From contig NC_043002.1 of assembly GCF_006345805.1 (NCBI RefSeq), positions 61,504,001 to 61,568,000 of the forward strand: DNA of 64,000 nt, given 5' to 3'. This DNA is from Octopus sinensis (lineage: Eukaryota). Below are positions 1 through 15,049 of this stretch, in pieces. Made by a program: the position numbers and the translations under genes. The notes beneath the pieces are model-generated. The model ran no database searches, was not told the DNA's origin, and saw only the letters and a list, made by a program, of their open reading frames with translations. Numbering within the stretch: position 1 is the first letter of the stretch; every line of letters starts with the position of its first letter.

Positions 1-377
1 TCAACAAATCTAATTACGATAGACATTTCTTATGGTGATATTTAAAAAAAATTACCGAACTTCATCTTTCTTGATGTTCGCGATTCCTCTGTTCGCCTCA
101 TCTGCAGTTTCCGGGAGAGAACGCTCACAAATATGAAACTAAATATTCTAAGTATATTACATTCTTACTGAAGTTCGTTTTTTTACGTCTTGAATTTTAT
201 TTCAATAAACTATATGGCTTCGTTGTCCGAAACTTCGTAGCGCTTTCAATACTTTTTATGTCGAAAAATAAGTAATTACTACACAACAAAATGTAATATG
301 TAATAGGTCGATTTAATTTACAACTGTTTTTATCATAAAAATAAACACAAGCAAACCACCCAATATTATAATGAAGC

Positions 378-628
378 TGATTTTTTATTGCCCACAAGGG
401 GCAGCGACAGATGAAATACCTAAACGCAGAGAGGGCAAACAAGCACAGACAAACGGATTAAGTCGATTATATCGACCCCAGTGCGTAACTGATACCTAAT
501 TAATCGACCCCGAAAGGATGAAAGGCAAAGTCGATCTCGGCGGAATTTGAACTTAGATGGTAACGGCAGACGAAATACCGCTAAGCACTTCGCCCGGCGT
601 GTTAACGTTTCTACCAGCTCGCCGCCCT
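378..628 (-). mobile_element. tRNA-derived SINE (octopus-type), full length with TSD
   Basis: Minus strand starts AGGGCGGCGAGCTGGTAGAA (A-box-like) and has AAGTTCAAATTCC (B-box-like). Flanked by a 20-bp direct repeat, 19/20 identical (358-377 acccaatattataatgaagc; 629-648 acccaatactataatgaagc). Same body at ~6456-6655 and ~32713-32930. Confidence 0.82.
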
Positions 629-856
629 ACCCAATACTATAATGAAGCATTGACCAGGGTCGTGTACACAGCAAAGATCTGATATATGTCAGCGGAACGC
701 TCACATGCTTCCTCTACAATTCCCCTTTAAGGGTATGCAAACCGGAGGGCAATAAATTTAGCCATAAATCAGATAGTATTAAAATAGTCAGCAATGGCAG
801 TAAGTTAAAATGCTCACATTCTGCAACCGAGGACTTAAATAAGATAGACACTATAG

Positions 857-962
857 CGAAGGAGTGGCTGTGTGGTAAGTAGCTTGCTTACGAACCACAT
901 GGTTCCGGGTTCAGCCCCACTACGTGGCACCTTGGGTAAGTGTCACCTAGGGTCGACAAAAG

Positions 963-965
<3 letters not shown>
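857..965 (+). mobile_element. tRNA-derived SINE head (second family)
   Basis: TGGCTGTGTGG (A box) ... GGTTCAGCCCC (B-box-like) followed by GGCACCTTGGGTAAGTGTC; ends at a (TA)n tract. Confidence 0.65.
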
Positions 966-1024
<59 letters not shown>

Positions 1025-1093
1025 ATGTATATATATATACATATATATATTATATATATATACATATATATATACATATATATATATATATAC

Positions 1094-1140
<47 letters not shown>

Positions 1141-1169
1141 TATATATATGTATACATATATATATACAT

Positions 1170-1240
<71 letters not shown>
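965..1240. repeat. (TA)n microsatellite
   Basis: Direct reading; source of the (IY)n ORFs. Confidence 0.97.
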
Positions 1241-1244
<4 letters not shown>

Positions 1245-1520
1245 GGTGTGTCTATGTTTGTTGATCTGCCCAAACTGCAAAGTAACTTTCATAGGTGAAA
1301 CAAATAATTCTCTCTGCCAACGTGAAAACATGCACAGGCAACATATCCGACAAGAAGAATTGCGCAAGATTCCATTCACTAAGCATCTGGAACTATTGAG
1401 CGACTGAAATTTCAAAATCGTTCTATTGTACAAATGTCCACCGAACGATACGCCATACCGAAAAGAAAAGCAATGGAACTACATTTCATCAAAAAATTCA
1501 CTCCAAAGTTGAATGTTTGA
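1245..1520 (+). mobile_element. Decayed Penelope-like GIY-YIG endonuclease remnant
   Basis: Manual translation: [43 protein letters not shown]...FKIVLLYK...[14 protein letters not shown], with a stop and a frameshift. Parallels the 17267-17845 ORF (LTCSGCQEQYIGET...HRSQI). Confidence 0.65.
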
Positions 1521-2049
1521 AGATAAAGTGGAGAATTTGAATTATTTATTCCAAATGTGGCTCAATTCTACAAATGTTGCGACATATATATGTGTAGCAC
1601 TATAATGCCCTAACTTTACGTATACATATATGTATGTGTGTGTATGCATAAATATATATTTGTTTTATTTTATTTACTGATTCATTTTTCAAATTATTAA
1701 TTTGCAAATATTATACAAACGTATTTTCATGCAGAACAACACTTTATGAAAAAGTTCCCTCCAAATATGAATGTTTGGAAGGGGTATATTCCAAATATAA
1801 CTAAAAGAGGATAAAAAGAAAGAAATGAAGAAAAAGAAAGAAAAAAAGGAAAGAAGAAAGAAGGGGAAAAAGAAGAGAGATAAATAGAAAGCAAAAAGCC
1901 TTTCGGTGATGACCAAACCGCACCTGCTTTTGTTTTTAAGTGGTCACCATCCTTAAACCCATTCCAATACAATGGGAAAAATAAAAAATAATTAAATAAA
2001 TAAATGAATGGTGAATAGGATGGTAGATACCATTCTCTTTCTCTTTCTC

Positions 2050-2081
2050 TCTACCTATCTGTCTAACTATCTATCTATGTA

Positions 2082-2139
<58 letters not shown>

Positions 2140-2225
2140 CCTATCTATGAATCTATCTATCTATCTATCTATCTATATTTATCTATCTATCTATCTATCT
2201 ATAAATCAGCGTATCTACCTAACTA
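2050..2225. repeat. (TCTA)n microsatellite
   Basis: Direct reading. Confidence 0.95.
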
Positions 2226-2564
2226 TATTTCTATCTGTCCATCTACATTGTCTTGGAACCTCACCCCAAAAAACAAAACCCTGTTCTCTTCTAAATAACC
2301 CCCCTCCAAAAATAAAAACATGGGTTTTATACAAATGAACAAGCTGTTTGTACATTCACAAATTGCATTTGACATGTTCTAGAGAGGAATGAAAGTGCTA
2401 ATAATAATGAAGAAATAAAAGGATTTTTCCCCCAAGTTCTGTCGACATTTTTTCTCAATATTCAATTCTGTACATCACACCTAACACTCTATACATACAT
2501 ACATACATACATACATACATACATACACACCACCACACACCACACACACCACACACACACACAC

Positions 2565-2620
<56 letters not shown>

Positions 2621-2858
2621 GTATATGTATATAATGGAGACCTTCTAAATTTGATGATGCCGAGCAGAAAATAACAGAAAATAAATGGCTTATACGCCTG
2701 TGTGGACGTATACCTATGTATGTATTTATAGGTATAAATCACTATATGTACATTTGTTAACAGGATTGACGTTTACGTCGGGGAGAGAAAATAAAAAGAA
2801 AGATAGACCGATAAATATGTAAATATTAACTGTAGAGACAAAAATAAATAAGAAGATA

Positions 2859-3818
2859 CTAGATCGGCAAAGTACTGGAACTGTAAAAGATTTCGTTCGT
2901 TGTAATCTGCAACGAATACAACGTATACCTTTTCATTGTAGTCTGTTTATAACAGATTTCTTTAAAATTGTTGCGAAAGGATTTTCTTACCGCAACATAC
3001 AATACAAAGTTGAAAAAATTATTCATACATGCTAACATATCTAAAAACATGTACATGACCCTATTAGGTTGATTTGGGATTGCCATTACAAAGTAAAAAA
3101 TAGATGTAGGAAAGTTTGTTATTAGGAACAATGAGTTTAGAGCAATGACGACATAAATGGTATTTTTTTACTGCTCTGTGGCATGCCGTTGAACATGCTG
3201 ACCGAGTTCTGGTGGATGGAGTATTTTATACACCAGCAAAAGAGAGCTGATTATTAAAATCATAGCTGGTGTGAATGAATAAAAGGAGAATACTGCACAG
3301 AAGCTATATACTTTGTTTTTTAAAACTACGGTCAGTATAACGGACGTAACAACAACACATACTAGAAGCAAAGTCAGTACAATGTAAGGCCTATAGCGAT
3401 GTGAAGAATGACATCTGGAACATGGGCTTGAAATAGCCAATAGGCGTTCAATAGATATTATAACTGATATCTAAGAGGAATATATAAACATATAAAAAGC
3501 GACGACCCTATATATTTCTCTCCTGAAAATACCTGCATGTGCCGTGTTAGATTGCAAAGTAGATGATAGCCATATGATTCTTGAATAATATAACCATATG
3601 GCAATAAAATCTACAATGGCCAAACAATGGAGATAAGGAACAATTTTAGTCTGATGCATTTTCTTCATAAAAAATAATGCAATGACTGCTAAATTCCCGA
3701 TAGATCTAAATATCAGTAAAAGAATACAGCTATATCGTATAGCTCCCATAACATGTATATTTGTATAGTTTTCTGTGTTGCCACTTTTGTTCGTTGCATC
3801 CATTTCTGTTTTAATAAC
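2859..3818 (-). pseudogene. Old-type class A GPCR pseudogene P1 (two in-frame nonsense codons)
   Basis: ORFs 3471-3830, 3168-3440 and 2859-3131 are in one frame. TAG at 3471-3473 replaces the Trp of YSSW; TAA at 3168-3170 replaces the Ser of EQSK. All seven TMs are recognisable (SIGN, YLHCLAIVD, ISIERL, YSFTP, NFP, NNFFNFVLY, KSFR). Confidence 0.9.
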
Positions 3819-4009
3819 ATTTTCTTCCACTTCATCAACAGGTCAGGCACACGTAGAGCGGCAATAAATAAATGTAACTAATTCCTCTTGTAAAATCTAT
3901 TTCAAAATTTGCCAGGAAATAATATGTCTTGCTTAATATCTATTTGATTAATTTATCTCGAATCCGTGTCAAGCTCGTCCAAATAAGTATATTTATATAA
4001 TATGAAAAT

Positions 4010-4048
<39 letters not shown>

Positions 4049-4049
4049 C

Positions 4050-4410
4050 AAAATGTAACCATTCTCAAGAAGACCTTTGCTCGAAACGTAAAACTACCAT
4101 TCTTTCCTTCCCTGAGAATGTGCAAATACTTTACATGTTACACGTCCTAGCCTTGTTGTTTTTGTGATCTGCAGTATTTTGGAATTGATATATATATATA
4201 TATTTATATATATATATATACTTACGTATGTATCAAAGTGTAAAGACACTCGGGTGTGTAATCAACAAACAGATGTATTAGTTTTACGCTCGGGAAGTGA
4301 GAAGGAATTTTTTCGCTTCCAGCCTACGTTCTTCAACAGAAAGGAACAGAGAAATAAACAGGGAGAAAATATAGAAAAAGGCTTAGTGGCTAGCGATCAA
4401 TCATAGCGAA
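4050..4410. mobile_element. Two short Penelope-terminus-like repeats in opposite orientation, separated by a (TA)n tract
   Basis: 4050-4160 (+) carries ...GCTCGAAACGTAAA; 4215-4410 (-) matches 12640-12820, 15050-15250 and 18690-18870. Confidence 0.4.
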
Positions 4411-4832
4411 TGCCAGACAGAGGGGTCACACAGGAGTGCTAGGAAGAAGGGGATATAATAAAGTAGTAGTGATCCCAAAATGAAGGTACGCATGCGTAAG
4501 TATGTGAGAGCGTATATGTGCGTGTGGAAGGGGGCTGGTAACCTTGATGTGTTGGTGTGTGCACGTGTAGCTGTGTGGATAATAGTGTAGATGCTGGGAA
4601 GTGGTCAGTGCTAGTAAGTGCGGGGTGGTGTTGGTGCTGAGAAGCGATCTGTGCTAATGTGTGCGGGGTGGTGTGATGCAGTGTGGTGTTGTATGGTGGT
4701 GTGTCGTGTGGTGGTGTTGATGGAGGAGGTGAGAATGGGGGAAGCAAGGGTTATTTACTTTCTGCCCATCGAATTCAGAACTACAGAATTCTTCACCCAT
4801 CACATAATTTCCATGATCATAACTTTCAGAAC

Positions 4833-4990
4833 CTATGTATGTATGTATGTATGTATGTATGTATGTATGTATGTATGTATGTATGTATGTATGTATGTAT
4901 GTATGTGTGTGTATGTATATATGTATGTATGTATATATGTATGTATGTATATATATCTATATACATATATATATAGATACATACATACAT
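4833..4990. repeat. (TATG)n microsatellite
   Basis: Direct reading. Confidence 0.95.
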
Positions 4991-5399
4991 GGTACATACA
5001 TGCATATTATCTACATACGTGTGGGTGAGTGTATGTGAGTGTATAAGATTGTATGCATGCAGCTATGTTCGTGTATGTATCCGATTGAGCAGGGAGTTTT
5101 GTACACACGCTAACACCCATATACACGTTTATATGTATATGTATATGTATGAATATGCATATATATATATACCAATATATATATGTAAATGGTTGTCTGT
5201 GTATGTGTGTGTGTGTGTGACCGTTTTATAACAGCCCTCTGTGGTGCCTTAATTCCAATAAAACTCTGCTTGGTATGATGGTTACACTGTACTCTTGGTG
5301 TGATTTTAAGAACTTATAGACATGTGTCTCTCTGGATTGCAAACTTCTGTGTTTCCAGGAACTCGTCTTGACCTCCATAGCGACTTTAATGTTGATTAG

Positions 5400-5950
5400 A
5401 ACCGACCAACTTGTTTTGTTGCCAACGATTACTTCGAATTTATGTATACATACGGAAACCATCGGTTGTTTTCCTGCAAATTGATTCATTACTTTCTCCT
5501 TTCAAAAAGTGAATGAATTCAAATTTTGAAATGTTTAGACGCATACTGTATTTCTCCACCCATTGATATACAACACGTAGATCGGCCCAGAATATTTTTC
5601 TCTCATCTTATCTTTCGTTAAAGATTTGAAGGTTGTTGTCATCACTTCATTTCTGCAGCGGTTGAGTGGAATATATAAATCACAATTAAAAAAAAAAATC
5701 ACTAGGAAGTTCGTAAGCCAGTCCAGTAATCTACCATGGCTCTCAGTTTCGGACAACGTTAAAAGTAATGTGTATAACATCAATTAATGAACTTGCTCTA
5801 AAATCATTAAGAATTTCGTCAATGTCCTGTAGTTGCGGATTTCTTATCTAATCCCTGCTCAACGAACGCCATCCTTGCTGGAATTTACATATTTACTCTC
5901 TCCAGAGCCAGTTATTGTTGATGCCTTCAGACATTCAAACACTTGGTTAG
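5400..5950 (-). mobile_element. Highly decayed LINE reverse-transcriptase remnant (CR1/L2-like)
   Basis: Fragments QQGWRS..., QLQDIDEILNDFRASSLIDVIHITF, HGRLLDWLTNFL and GPIYVLYING align in order with the RT motifs of the 13.4 kb and 61 kb LINEs. Confidence 0.55.
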
Positions 5951-6455
5951 TGGGAGGAAAATGGGAATGGTTGGTAATTAACTGCAAGTGGTGTAAATCT
6001 ATTGGATGATTCAGATGATTGTAGGATGAGAAATGTTTAGATATACTGTCTAACAAAATTCTGAACTGGTCGGCTTGTTGAGAAGTATTTTGGCGTCAGC
6101 ATTCTTTCAGGACACTAAAAGAGAATTTATTAGACAATCTGCTAGAGTCAAATTCCCTGATATTCATTTTCCCTTCAGCAGAACGATATTTGGTTTCATT
6201 TAGTGCTGTGGTGGCGAAAAACTATGGGTGGGTTTATATGAAGTGTGTTGTGTTCTCTAATTACTGACGCTTAGATTGAGGGAATCACTAAAGGTAACGA
6301 AATATTGTTTCTGCAGGATCTCTAGCATTACTTTAGCATCATGTTGATGAATAATTTTAGAATATTGTTTTCACACCCTGGAGAGCAAATATGTTAGACA
6401 AGGGCGTATTACTGGACGCATGAATAAAATACTTTAAGCCTATACTACAACTGCT

Positions 6456-6655
6456 ATTTTCTACTCTAGGCACAAGGCCCAAAGTTTTGGGGGAGGTGGC
6501 TAGTCGATTACATCGATCCAAGAAAGCAACTAGTACATAATTTATCGAACCCGAAAGAATGAAAGGCAACGACGACCTGAGAACGTTCCAAAGATAGAAG
6601 AAACGCCGCAAAGCATTTCGCCCGGTGAGTTAACGTTTCTGCCAGTTCGCCGCAT
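6456..6655 (-). mobile_element. tRNA-derived SINE (same family as 378-628)
   Basis: Shares AGTCGATTACATCGA...CGAAAGAATGAAAGGC...AAGCATTTCGCCCGG...AACGTTTCTGCCAG. Imperfect TSD tatactacaact / tatgctacaact. Confidence 0.75.
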
Positions 6656-6974
6656 TTTATGCTACAACTATTAATAACCCATCTTTCCGATCAGACATTT
6701 GTTGGTGGTCGAATTCCTAGTGTCCTGCACGTCTTATTTTTTCACCTCACGGTTATTTATTACAAATGGTCGTGGATGCAGTAAATGGCAATATAATAAT
6801 TCAGTTACCTTTTATTCAGAATTCGTGCTTCTTTATATTTAGCTATTTCTCTCTAGTCATGCCATATTATATGCTGCTACGCTACGGTTTGTGGATTTCA
6901 GAATGTTTGTAAGAGGCAATTCAGATAAAGAAGATTAGAATCAACTGTCATTTATATATGTATATATATATTAT

Positions 6975-7033
6975 GTGCGTGTGTGCGCACGTCTGCCTGT
7001 GAGTGTGTGTGTGTGTTGTGTGTGTGTGAGTGC

Positions 7034-7071
<38 letters not shown>

Positions 7072-7135
7072 GCGTGCGTGCGTATGTGTGTATGTGTGCC
7101 TGTGTGCATGTGTGTGTGTGCGTGTGCTGTCTTGT
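6975..7135. repeat. (GT)n microsatellite
   Basis: Direct reading. Confidence 0.95.
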
Positions 7136-7210
7136 GTTGTCAATATGAATGGCATTTACGTTTCGGAGGAAAATTAAAAGGAAAGATACATTGATAAATA
7201 TGTAAATATT

Positions 7211-7404
7211 AATTGCAGCGTGGAAGGTGTTTATAAGCCATTTCAAAGCATGCAAAAGCCGTTAGATTCACTTCAACATTTAAATTTAATTTGCCAAAAT
7301 ATTTTCGTCGCTTTGAGACCGCGACATGTTCACTGCAAAAATTCCGTGCTGCACGGCTTTTGCTTGTTTTTAAATGGCTTATAAACACCTTTCACGCTGC
7401 AGTT
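7211..7404. mobile_element. ~195-bp MITE-like element with ~50-bp inverted ends
   Basis: Left TGCAGCGTGGAAGGTGTTTATAAGCCATTTCAAAGCATGCAAAAGCCGT vs right ACGGCTTTTGCTTGTTTTTAAATGGCTTATAAACACCTTTCACGCTGCA. Interrupts the 3' flank homologous to 2770-2860; gtaaatattaa is repeated at 7202 and 7462. Confidence 0.65.
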
Positions 7405-7529
7405 GTGTTCGTTCCAGTACACGATTTCAGATCAGGTTACTTGCTATGCAAGTACATCTCCGTAAATATTAAGTACAGAGATAAAAATATGTAGAAAGAC
7501 ACTTACTGAATCAAGCAATCACTCAGATA

Positions 7530-8425
7530 GCGGAAATTTACATCGTTGTAATCTGCAACGAATACACCGAAATTTTTTGTTCATTGTAGACTCTTTACAA
7601 AATATTTGTTTCGAATCGTCGCGAAATGATTTGCTTACCGCATCATACACAATAATGTTGAAAACGTTATGGATACAAGCTATCATATGCAAGAAAATGT
7701 TTATGGTCTCACTACGCTGGCTTTTGAGTGCGATTACAAAATAATGAATAGAAACAGGAAAGGTTGTTAGCAGAAAGAGGGAGTTTATAGCAATGACGGT
7801 ATAAACAGAATATTGTGACTGCTGTGAGGCATTCCGCTAAAAATGCTGACCGAGTTCTGGTCGATGAATTAAATTATACACCAGCGAAATAGAGCAGATT
7901 ATAAATTCCAGTGCACATGCAATACAGTTCATGCTTTAAAACTACTGTCAGCATTGTGTACGTAACAGTAACAGATACAAGAAGCTACAACAGTGCTTAT
8001 AACGATGTGAAGAATGAAGTTTGTAAAATGGTTGAGAAATAGTTAATAGACGGTCAATAGATGTGGTAACTGTTTTCCGGGAAGAATATTTAAATAAGAG
8101 ATAAAACGAATCCATCACATATTCTATTGTCGAATATACTGATGTATGAATTGTTAGATTGAATATTAGTAGACTGCAAAATTAATTTTGGTAAATACAC
8201 CAAGATAGCAATGAATTCCACATCATCCAAACAAGGAAGATATGAAGTAATTTTCGTCTGACGCATTTTCCTTTGGTGAAATATTATAATGACTGCTAAA
8301 TTCCCGATTGAGCCAAATGCCAATAACAAAACAGAACCATATCCTATAGTTCTAAGAAAATGTATATTTGTATCGTATATTGCATCACTACTGTTGTTCA
8401 TTGTGTTGATAGCAATTTTGTTCAC
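7530..8425 (-). pseudogene. Old-type class A GPCR pseudogene P2 (frameshifts, deletions, stops)
   Basis: TM1-TM3 in ORF 8090-8437 (FGSIGN, RQTKITSYL). Frameshift near 8100, then KYSSRKTVTTSIDRLL...HRPELGQHF*...NSLFLLTTFP...IACIHNVFNIIVY..VSKSFRD. Confidence 0.85.
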
Positions 8426-8644
8426 ATTTTCTTCCAATTAACTGCAGGTCAGATACGTTTGAAGCTGGAATATCTGAGAGTAACTAATTCCTATTATCAA
8501 GTATATTTCAAATTTCACAGAAACATCCATGTCTGGCTGTTTAATATCCTTATATTTCTTTTGTCTCTGATAGCTGTTAAACTCGTCCATATAAATGTCT
8601 ATACAAAGAGAGAGTGACAGATAAATAGTTCGACATGTATGTGT

Positions 8645-8670
8645 GCATGTATATAATATATATATATATG

Positions 8671-8715
<45 letters not shown>

Positions 8716-8742
8716 GTACATATATATATATATGTATATATG

Positions 8743-8799
<57 letters not shown>
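8645..8799. repeat. (TA)n/(TATG)n microsatellite
   Basis: Direct reading. Confidence 0.95.
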
Positions 8800-8802
<3 letters not shown>

Positions 8803-8950
8803 TGGTTAGAGCGTCGAGCTTACGATCGTGAGCTAGTGAGTTCGAATCCAGAACCTGGCTGCGTGTTGTGTTCTTGGGCAAGACACTTTACTTCCCGTCA
8901 TTCCAATTCACTCAGCTGTAGAAATGAGTTGCGACGTCACAGGTGCCAAG
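8800..8950 (+). mobile_element. tRNA-derived SINE
   Basis: AGTGGTTAGAGC (A box) and GTTCGAATCC (B box), followed by non-tRNA body CTTGGGCAAGACACTT. Confidence 0.72.
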
Positions 8951-9009
8951 GTATTGGCGTTGTCTTTCCCTTGGTTAACACTGGTGGCGTGGAGATTGAT
9001 AGAAATGCC

Positions 9010-9125
9010 TATTAAAACTAAAACCATATCAGACAGCTCTAAGAAAATGTATATTTGTGCCGTTTATTTCATCGCTACACTTGTTCATGGCGTCAATTTC
9101 TGATATCGTCATAGTTTCTTCCAGT
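9010..9125 (-). pseudogene. 5' fragment of another old-type GPCR copy
   Basis: Reads MTISEIDAMNKCSDEINGTNIHFLRAV*YGFSF (cf. P2 TNIHFLRTIGYG). Its upstream 9125-9300 parallels 8430-8620. Truncated next to the SINE. Confidence 0.65.
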
Positions 9126-9779
9126 TCATCAACAGGTTACACACTTTTAAAAGCACGAGAAACTAAGTGTAACTAATTACTATTATAAAGCATATTTTGA
9201 ATTTCGTAGAAAATTCCATGGCTGCCGCTAAATATCTGTGTTTCATTTATCTCTAATCCATGTTAAGCTCGTCCATATAAATACATCTCTAAAAATAAAG
9301 ATTGATCGATAGACCGATAGATAGACAGATAGATACATAGATAGATTGATAGACAGAAAGATAAATAGATAGATAACTTTCTTTATTGGTCACATAGGGA
9401 TGGACAAAGAGGAGACAAATACAAATGTAAAGATTTTCTTTTCGAAGATGGAAAAGGAAAAAGAAAAAAAGGAAACAAATGTAAAATTTCGATTAAAAGG
9501 GATCGGAAAAAAAAAGCGATCAAAAGGGATCGTGTATCACAGAAAGAAAAAAAATAGATAGATCAGGGAATAGGCATGTATTATGGCTCTTAAATAGTGT
9601 GGATTTCTTGAAATTTTACCGAAGGATGGTTGGGTGTACTTCTCACACACGAGGATTTACTTGTGATATGTATTCCGCTTACATTTACTGGTGCCTAGTT
9701 GGTGAATATTGGTAATCAAATTCTTTTAATTCTGAGTGGTTTATTGATATCAGGCAGGATTTTTAAATCCCATTTTTCT

Positions 9780-11170
<1,391 letters not shown>

Positions 11171-12581
11171 AAATATATGTGTCTGTGTGTGTATGGGTAT
11201 GTGGATGGATTTATGTATGAATATAGACTACACCCTAGTATAGTTACTTCTCTCTTCCTTTCCTTCCTTTGCATACAAACACGCATTCGTTCACAAACTC
11301 TCACATATATATATATCTTGAAGTGTTTTTTGTTGGAAGAACTTGACCCCAGCACTTAATCTTTGTAAGTCTAGTACCTATTCTATCGTTCTCTTTTGCT
11401 GAACCTCCAAGTTAGGGGTAACTAAGCAGAACAACTTCGGTTGCCAAGTGATGGTGCTGGGGAAATGCAGACACACACGCCTTTGATTCGATATTTGCCA
11501 ATGTATAAGGCGCACTTATTTTTGATTTTCCTCATATAAAATGCTTACCGTTTTTTTGTTGGGGGGGGGGGGCTCCAAATTGCATATTAAGAATCGAATG
11601 CCTTAAGCTAAATTAGCTGAGGTCCAAATGTTCTGTGACACAATAAGCTTAGTAATACACAATTGAAAAAAATTCCAAATATCTAACGAATATTATGTAA
11701 TATTATGTCGACCCCCCACACAAATCTAACGAATATTATGTAATATTTTGTCGGGAGTTATATGGATAGACCACATTTACTTATTATATAATTTTTCATC
11801 AGCATATCTAATCCTAAGCTGATATTATTTTTTACGTTATTCACTGACCGAGATACGCTTACGAAATTTGTGATTATGCACTCCTACAAGCAGAAATAGA
11901 ATTTAAAACTTTAATCTACCTCTCAGTTATATTACAATGATTGAATGGTAACAAATCCATGGCTATAATGTCGATGCTATCACGCTGATGACCCACTAGG
12001 TTTGTAAAAAATGTTATTGGCAAAATTAAGTTGTTTTCGTATATGATATATAGCAGATCTGTTAATTAAACATGAACAGCTACAGGGATTTAACAGATGA
12101 TGAAATTGAAACATAACTCAGTATATGATTAATAAATTCATAGTTTCATAATTTATTCAGTATTCAGTCACAGTAACATAGTTGTGCGCAGAAATATCGT
12201 ACGTTTCATTTTATTAACGTGCGTTAAAATATGTTTCCATAAGTGTTTTACAAAATGTAATTTTAAAATAGCATTGCCTATATGCGAATCTGCGCTATAT
12301 CCATCAGCAAATGGTGTACATATATAAACAAGTATACACATACACACTTCCCGAGAATCAAACTAATACACCCGTCTTCGTCATTTGTTTTTTTTCAAAA
12401 TTCTCTCTATATACATACATACATGACATAATACATATTATATATATACCTATATGCGCGTGTGTGTATGCGTGTGTCTGTGCGTGCGCGAGCATGTAAG
12501 CATGTATGCATGCAAATGTGTACGTGTATGCAGGCGACTGAGCATCTATTTATCTCTATCTCCTTCTCTCTCCCTCTCACC

Positions 12582-12633
<52 letters not shown>

Positions 12634-12639
12634 GCCATG

Positions 12640-12820
12640 ATAGATTGCTAGCCACTGCACATTCTTTATTTTCTCTCCTTGTTTCTTTCTGTGTTCCTTT
12701 TTGTGGAAGAGGGTAGGCTCGAAACGTGAAAGACTTTTTCACTTCCTTCCCGAGCGTTAATCTAATTCATCTGTTTCGTTATCGTTTACACCACCTGTAT
12801 TCGTCTTCTGCTTTATGTGT
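12640..12820 (+). mobile_element. Short Penelope-terminus-like repeat
   Basis: GTGGAAGAGGGTAGGCTCGAAACGTGAAAGAC...TTCCCGAGCG; bounded by (TA)n on both sides; related to 4215-4410 and 18690-18870. Confidence 0.45.
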
Positions 12821-13384
12821 GAATTCTCCCTATATATTTATATATATATATATATATTCGCACACGCACACGAACATACATGCGTATACATATTCACGCA
12901 TGTATATCTATATATACTTTTCATCTGGATATTATATGTCGTGGTCAATATCTTGTTATCATCCAACATATATTTGGCTTGGAAAATATAACCGAGCAAA
13001 ATATTACCAGACAATAACATTTATCAGTTAATATATAACGTTCACTTCACTATCTTTGAAACAGTATTAGAATTATTATGATATGATGACCACTTCAAAT
13101 TGTATAGCATACTCTTTTCTATAATTATAATTAGAAGAAGAATAAAACAATCGCAGTTAAGTGCAACATATATTTTGGAAATTTAATATCCGTCAAAATA
13201 TATGCGCATTACAGAATAATATAAAAATAATTTACGACCATACCGGGCATGTAACTACCAAATTGATGATGTAACACGCATAGAATGTGCAAATTATATA
13301 TATATATAGACGCCAACACACAGACACACGTACACACTCATATATATAAATACACACATATACATACATATAAATATTATCGCG

Positions 13385-14935
13385 GACACACCATTTACTG
13401 CTTCATACATCAGAGCAATAAATTCGATCAAATATTATTCTGCTGTCGGCCCTGATAGATTTCCCGCTAGTCTCCTGAATAAAGGTAGACATCAACTTGA
13501 AGTTCCTGTGATCAACCTCTGGAAAAGTTCTTTAGACAAAGGTTATATACCGAAACAGTCCTTATCCCACTCTGCCATCCCGGGTTTTAAACAGGGAAAC
13601 AAATCGCTCGCAGTGAGTTATCACACAATCTCCCTCACCTCCCATATATTTAATGTGTTTGAGAGGGTGGTAAGATCAAGGAAAGCTGGCTTCCTGGAGA
13701 GCCACAAACTCCTAAATTCAAACCAGCATGGCGTTCGTTGTGACAGGGTCTGTCTTACGCAGCTCTTACATCAAATCGATGATATCCTTAAAGCCTTGGG
13801 ATCAGGTTCGAAATCTGATGTCATATATCGTGACTTTAATAAAGCTTTCGACAGAGTTGACCATAATATTCTACTGTCAAAATTGTCTAATGTTGGAATC
13901 TGTGGAAAACTTCGACACTGGATTGAGTATTTCCAGAAGAACAGAGCATAGCATGTTATGATCGGTAAAGACCAGTCAATACAAGCAAAAGTCACCAGCG
14001 GTGACCCTCAGGGGACTGTCTTGGGCCCGTTATAATCTATTTAAACGATATTTCCAGCGTTATAAAACACATCAATGTGAAAATATTCACTGATGACTCC
14101 AAGCTCCAGAAAAGTATCAATGAAGAAGAAGACCGAAATGAACTCTAGTATGAGCAACTTGCTCTGATTCAAAGGACAGGCAAAAGCAAAATGGAGTTCA
14201 ACGAGGGAAACTTTCAACTGATGCATTTTGGAAGAAAGACTATGTAAAAACGGCTATATTCTGTTCCTTCAAGTGAACCGCTCTTGGCATCTAATAATAG
14301 AAGTAATTGTTGATAACAAACTCAGTTGGAGTGCCCACATCAACAATAAGGTCGATATAGCTCGTAGGATGAGCTACTGGTTCCTAAAAACCTGCTGGTC
14401 AAGCGACCAATATGTCATCATTGCTCTTTTCTCCTTCTTTGTACAGCCATAACACGACTATTGCTGTATCCTGTGGTCTCCACATACAAAACATCTCGAA
14501 AATTGAATCATCCCAGAGGTTATTCACTAAAAGAATTAAGGGCATGACTGATTTCGATTATTGGAATCACCTTAAAGCATTGAAACTCTCCTGCGCCGAC
14601 GTGAGCGATACACCATTTGTAAGCTGTGGAGAATATATCGCCAGCATTGCCCAAACGAATTCAACATTAGCTTCAGAATTCATACAATGATAGGACCACG
14701 AGCCATACTTCCCCTACCCAATTCAGGATCACAACACATAAATACACTACAACAAAAGTTCTTTTCCTCGGCAGGCCCTGCCATATTTAACATTGTCCCG
14801 AAACAGATCAAAGAGGGAAAAGATCCCATCACTATTAAACGGAATCTGGACAAATTGCCTGGATAGAACTGAATGAACAAGAACTCCCTACTCCAATGGA
14901 CAAGGTTGTCTAGGCTAGATTCAATTTGTAGCATA
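13385..14935 (+). mobile_element. 5'-truncated, decayed CR1-clade LINE (reverse transcriptase)
   Basis: ORF 13508-13951: YHTISLTSHIFNVFERVV...QHGVR...CLTQLL...DVIYRDFNKAFDRVDHNILLSKL, then VTSGDPQGTVLGPL and 3' IESSQRLFTKRIKGM. Multiple frameshifts. Confidence 0.85.
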
Positions 14936-15049
14936 ATCCAGAAGTTCTCTTTAGATTTTTATACTCACACACACACACACACATTTATGCATATATAAAT
15001 ACACTCACACATATATGTATGTATATATATATATATATATATAAAGTTA

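Noticed and set aside
8800-8870. Possible tRNA genes (also 857-920 and the 378-628 family)
   Set aside because: A/B boxes are present but there is no complete cloverleaf; each continues into a shared repeat body, i.e. SINE heads.
11670-11755. ~40-bp direct repeat (ATCTAACGAATATTATGTAATATT)
   Set aside because: Only two copies, a simple local duplication; not a CRISPR or structured array.
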